Shown in pieces: positions 58,676 to 64,000 of a stretch of 64,000 nucleotides of DNA. Source of the DNA: Hemiscyllium ocellatum. Its lineage: Eukaryota. The DNA is taken from the NCBI RefSeq assembly GCF_020745735.1, contig NC_083414.1, positions 34,782,001 to 34,846,000 of the forward strand, given 5' to 3'. How positions within the stretch are numbered: the stretch's first letter is position 1; each line of letters opens with the position of its first letter. The notes under the pieces were generated by a model. It saw nothing but the letters and a program-made list of their open reading frames with translations. It was not told the origin of the DNA and did no database searches. The position numbers and the translations under genes were made by a program.

Positions 58676-61600
58676 TTAAGAAATCTTCATATCTGACTCC
58701 ATAGTGGGTAACTGAGGATAGCAGTGATTGAGGAACTGTATGAAATCCTTAGTTTCTGGACATCTTGCAAGCAAATTGTCACGACACAAATAGACAATTG
58801 AAGATATAAATTCCTGAGATGATCAAAAGGGTAAAAAGTTATGCCAGGGATCAAAAGTCGAGCAAAGAGAATTAAAAACATTTGAAACTGTAAGGATCCC
58901 ATCTTTACTACTTTTAAAAAATATTTGATGGTTTTTCCTTTCTCAAAGCAATATAACAGGAGATTATAAAATTCCTAATTTGCCCGGACCATGATAAAAA
59001 ATTAATAGATTTAAAGAAATGGTGAACTTGTTGGCATTGACAGAGATGACCTGAAATTAAACCATGTTACAATGCTGTCCATGTCCAAGAGGCAGTTATC
59101 ATTCAGAAATGGCACATTGTAAATGTATGATAATCACTTAAGTGTTCAAGCGATTCACCTTTTTCCTTCAAGTCGATTTTAGGTACTCTCGGGAACTTTA
59201 AAGATGTAATTTACAACGTGGCAAGTAATCTTATTTTGTGCCATATATTAGCGCAGCCATTGACAAATCTGTTTTGTTGTCAAGTCCCATTACAAGTGGA
59301 CATGTATAGAAAGAAGTGCATGCGATTCAGTTGCTTTGCTTACTGCTTCATGTAAGCAGCTGCTCCTTTCAGAACTAGAACAATCTTGTTAAAAGATAAC
59401 TTGAGTAATGACGACTTCTGGCAAGCAAAGGAATTTGACAGACCATATATGGTCATCACTCCCATTCTTAAGATAGCAGTAGGTGATTTTAAGGTGTGTG
59501 ACTAATAATGTATCACCAGTGTGCTGCTTGTAAGGCAGTACCATATCATGTTCTAGAAGCGCCCACACTAAATGGGGAATTTGAATTGAATAAAGTGTTC
59601 CTTGCATTCTCATTGTGCTTTTAACGGCCTTCAACCCCCACACTGCATGTTGATTACATCCCCAATGCCCCTGCCCACCACACTCTCTACATCATTACAT
59701 GTTGTACTGATAACATAGCAACACTGGCTGAACTATATAGTGGAGAATCAAGGCTTCTAAAATTGATTACACAACACAGGCATCATTACTGCACATCAAA
59801 GCATTGATCCTTATTCCAGTAATTAGTTGGAGCAAGCTTGCAGATCACCCTCCTCAATATATAATGCTAACTACAATGGAGAATGGGGTGTGGGAGGTGG
59901 TGGAGGAACAATAACAAAAGAGAAAAAATGGCTAACTTTAGAAAAAAATCCTTTATCGTTTTTCACTCATGTCCTACAGCAATCACACAAGTTCCAGGTT
60001 ATCATGGATAATATGTGGCAATCAAACTGAATGTTTAAAGTTTGTAATTTAAGAAATTCTGATGAGCTTTGACAGTGTATATAAAAAAGGTACTTACTAA
60101 AGTAAGGATAACAATGAATGTTTATAGTTTTGTCAAATGCAATTAAAAGCTTTATATCAGCTCATGAAAACATTTGTTCATCAAAATGAATTTGTTTCTG
60201 TAACATTCTGCTTGGGACGTGATGAACTTTTCCATACTGTGACTGTTAATGGATGGTATCTTAAGAAAATGTCTCTTTTAACCCATAATTGAAAGGTCTA
60301 TGATTGCTCAAAGAGTGTCAAGAAGATGTCTAAGATGCTGTCATATATGCAGCAGCATCTGTGGAGAGAGAAATAGTTAATCCAAAACGCCTCTGCAGAA
60401 GTCAACTGTGGAATTGATCTTGTTGCTAGATTACCCTACACTGCAGCCTGTTGACAGAACTGTTAAATTGAAGTTGAAATGAGTCATATCTGAACCTGCC
60501 AGTGCAAAGTAAGTTTTTTCCATTCTTCCTACTAAGTGAGTATACATTTATTTTCATTACCAACATGTGGGATTCTGCACATACAAAGTCAATTGCATAG
60601 CTGGAACACTGTTTCTTTTAGGCAATGGTGTGAAAGGGTAAAATTCAGTGCAAAAATGAATGCTTTCTGAATAATAATATGATCTGAGGTGAATGACATC
60701 ATCATTTATGAAATAACAAAAGGAATTTGAGGATGATCAATTTATATTAGAAAAGTCCAAGCGTTACAGGATGAAAATTCAAACAAATCAAATTATAAAA
60801 CTGATTTCTAACTACATAACATTTATCAGTTTCACCCTAAACAAAATTATTCTTTAGAAAAGTTAAGTGACCTACTTTCTGCAGAGTGTTTCCGTTCTTT
60901 AGAGAACATGACTTCCAACCCCCATCTTCACCCCACCGCAACCCACCATCCACTTAAATGAGTCTCATTAAACTTATGATAAGGGCGAATACCCTTAGAG
61001 GTGACTGGCTCAACAGTTATTCTCTCATTCATATCATGAAATAACTTGTATCTATTTATTATTTTCCTTAGCCTTATATTGAACACATTCTCCTGCCTCA
61101 TACCTTTCTCACCACTCAAGAGGAATCTTGGAACTAATCTTGGACCATTAATCGAGGTGTACTGATGTGTGGAGGTGCACCGACACAAAGGTCAATGTAA
61201 TTAGGAAGTTAGCCTCAAGTGGCTGCCAGGATGAATTATGAGTAATTGTCAACTTTAAAATTATGATTTCTGATTTCTTCAATGTTTCAGTTTTACCAAA
61301 TAATATACGCCACGAAACAAAGTAAGTCTGGCAAGACACAGCAGATGTAAATTTTAAGCTTTACCGTAGTGTAGCGTTAGCATAGGATATTCTGTATGAG
61401 ATAGGAAAACTGGCGCGTCTATAACCAAGAGAAACCCACAACATCAGTCATAAAGTCTGTGGTGAGTCTCACAAGTTGCAATGAAATAAACAATCAGATC
61501 ATCCCTTTAAGTGTTAGTCACTGAAAAAAAAGTGGCCAGGACACATCTCCTCTCAGCAATTGAGAGAATTAATATGGAAACCTCCAGTGACTTAGTGTAC

Positions 61601-62067
61601 TACCTCATCCAAAAAAGTGGCACCTCAAATGCAGAACTCCTCCAATCCTCCACTGAAGTTAAGCCTAAATTCTGCCCACAATGCAGTTTGCTAGGCATCA
61701 TTTTGAAAACAAACAATTTCCTCCAGATACAGATCTGTCCCATTCAATCCAACTTACGGAATTCCTGACTGTAGAGGACTATTCTGGTAAAATGTAAAAT
61801 ATGTTGTCATAACTTGCAACTTTTACATAAAATACTCGGCCATTACCAGTTGAAGTAAGCTGATCCTTTGTTTAATAGACTTGCTCCGTTACATAAGGTA
61901 CAATCATGAATTCTCCCTATCATTAATAGACACAAAATTCCCCTTTCTGTCAGGTTAACCTGCTCTCGTCTATTAAGAATGTTGCTCTTTTCAGATTTCT
62001 AATCATTGATAATTAGCAGAAATGGCAGCAGCAAAAACTAGTTGCTTACTCTAAATATTAATACATT

Positions 62068-62200
62068 TGCTAGTACTCAGCCCATATCCCTCTAACCCCT
62101 TCCTATTCATATACTCACCCAAATACCTTTTAAATGTTGTAATTGTGCCAACCTCCACCACATCCTCTGGTAGTTCATTCTATACACATGCCACCCTCTA
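62068..62200 (-). mobile_element. Short CR1 3' fragment
   Basis: Reverse complement of NELPEDVVEVGTITTFKRYLGEYMNRKGLEGYG. Confidence 0.8.
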
Positions 62201-63544
62201 CATGTTAGGCCTCCAACATCTTTCTTACTTGCCCTCACCCACCCTAATCTACTAGCCCTGCTTGCCCTCTGCATTGCCAACTCATTCACTCATGACAGTT
62301 TCCTATCTACATTTCTGGTAATAGCTATGCCACCCACTTTTGTCTCCCATAATAAATCTCTTACTCCCATTATGAAGGAATCCTGACTCTGACCATGCTG
62401 AACAGAGCCTGGACTGGTATAGGACACTGCCATTGATACACTCTACCAGGAACTGCTGAGCAAACTATATCCCATAGACTTGACTGAGCCCTGCTAATCA
62501 GTGGGACAAACTTCTTTGCTTTGTGTCTGTGCTAAACAGCATGGCAAAACAGTAGTCATGTGAGCCTGATATTGCTGGATGAGGGGGTAAGGTGCAAGAA
62601 AACAAAACAAGGCAATTCAAGGCAGGGATGCTGTGAGCATCCAGATAGACATACAGAGACTGAGCACTAAGAGAGCAATTGAAGAACTTGAAAGTTGCAG
62701 CCCAGTCCATGAGCTGGGTATATGTCCCTGAGCACAGTGTCCTTGCTGTAGTATTACAGTGAGAGCTGCCAATGTAGTCAGAAGTGTAGAAAGAACCTGT
62801 AATTGGATCCAACATGTGAAATGAGGATTCTTAGAGGCTGGCACATTTCAGGTGCCAATGTCTATGCGGTGTGTCCAGTACCAATGGCACTTGTCCTGAG
62901 ATATTGTTTCCCTGGTTTGCAACATGGATATTGTTTGGTGCAAACGGTAAGCCGAATCCACCAGGTCCAAGTTCAGGTTTATTGTTCAGTTTTTCCAACA
63001 GTGAACGTATTTGAAGAGTTCAGAAAGATGGGAGGCTAAATCCTAAAGGGATGAGTTGTACTTTTAACAAGCATTTAGTAAGTGTTAATCCCCATCAATT
63101 GGCATCTCACCACTGTCCACAGGGGATCTCACCAAGTGACAGAAGCTCATCTTAATGAAGTGCACTGTAGGAACCTTTGCATATAATTAATCTATACATA
63201 GTCCTTTCACACTTCTCATTTTGTGTGCATATAGTACATTGTGCAAATATCGAGGACAGGTTGCACAAAACAATATCCCAAGGTAGTACACGGTGAACTT
63301 TGTAATATTCATGCTCATTAATCTACTCCTATATATTCCTTCTTAATCATTCCATTTTCAAAACATATTAGCAATTAACATCCATCTGGCGGCTGCTGCT
63401 TATTGAAAAACAGATCAATTACATGACCCAGCGCTCATGGAACAAAACACTGCAACAAGTCTCTTATCCTATTGATTGCAGTGAAACGGTGTGCTCCTGG
63501 AAATACCTTGCACCACATTTCTCTGGAGAATTTCCTTCATTGTT

Positions 63545-64000
63545 GTGACACGTGGGAACACCACCCATACGAGTGCGACAGGTACTCATGTGACTTGACC
63601 AGCATTGTCTACCTCATATGCTGCAGACAAGGATGCTCCGAGGCACAGTATATTGGTGAGACAAGCAGAAGCTATGACAAAGAATGAATAGAGAGTGCAC
63701 AACAATCGAGCTTTTGCCCAAAACATCGATTCTCCTGCTCCACAGATGCCGCCTGACCTGCTGTGCTTTTCCAACACCACACTCTTGACTGCGCAATAAT
63801 TGCTAGACAGGGATGTTTCCTCCTAGTTGGGAAACATTTCAGCGGTCAGGGACATTTGGCCTTGGATCTCTGGATGACCATCTTCCAAGGAGGACTTCGG
63901 TATATGCAACAATGCAGCGTTGCCAAGCAGAGGCTGTTAGCCAAGTGCGGTACCCATGAGGATGGCCCCAACCGGGATCGTGGGTTCATGTGACTACAGG
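63545..64000 (+). pseudogene. Penelope-like GIY-YIG endonuclease remnant
   Basis: YSCDLTSIVYLICCRQGCSEAQYIGET (VY...YIG motif), then VGKHFSGQGH...GTHEDGPNRDRGFM. Runs off the window end. Confidence 0.85.
63709..63789 (+). mobile_element. PLE family A fragment inserted in the GIY-YIG remnant
   Basis: GCTTTTGCCCAAAACATCGATTCTCC (hammerhead 3' half). Degenerate 13-bp TSD TGCACAACAATCG / TGCGCAATAATTG. Confidence 0.75.

Noticed and set aside
1-64000. Most ORF-track entries as host genes
   Set aside because: They are short, lie antisense or off-frame within LINEs and SINEs or in AT-rich DNA, and show no recognisable domain or consistent exon chain.
1-64000. CRISPR array or prokaryotic defence system
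   Set aside because: The DNA is vertebrate and has no regularly spaced identical repeats with unique spacers. The 7915-8290 repeat is a degenerate minisatellite.

Overview
Repeat-dense vertebrate genomic DNA, almost certainly from a cartilaginous fish, judged from HE1-type tRNA-derived SINEs and their HER1/CR1 partner LINEs. No host protein-coding gene could be recognised, so the window reads as intronic or intergenic. Roughly half of it is nested transposon debris. This includes many CR1 LINE fragments (one young copy keeps an uninterrupted 543-codon RT frame at 49551-51182), Rex-Babar, RTE and L2 fragments, solo LTRs, a Tc1/mariner-type MITE, decayed Harbinger-like elements and a Gypsy-like gag remnant. 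The most interesting layer is about 15 short insertions from four distinct Penelope-like element (PLE) families (labelled A-D here). They mostly form TSD-flanked hairpins and carry minimal hammerhead ribozyme motifs (CUGANGA-N-stemII-GAAA-palindrome-UH), four of which have intact cores. One insertion is a chimera of a PLE 3' end and an apparently unprocessed pre-tRNA-Asp inside a 19-bp TSD. Another contains an inverted copy of its own target site. All family assignments are by eye, with no database search, and boundaries of old repeats are approximate.
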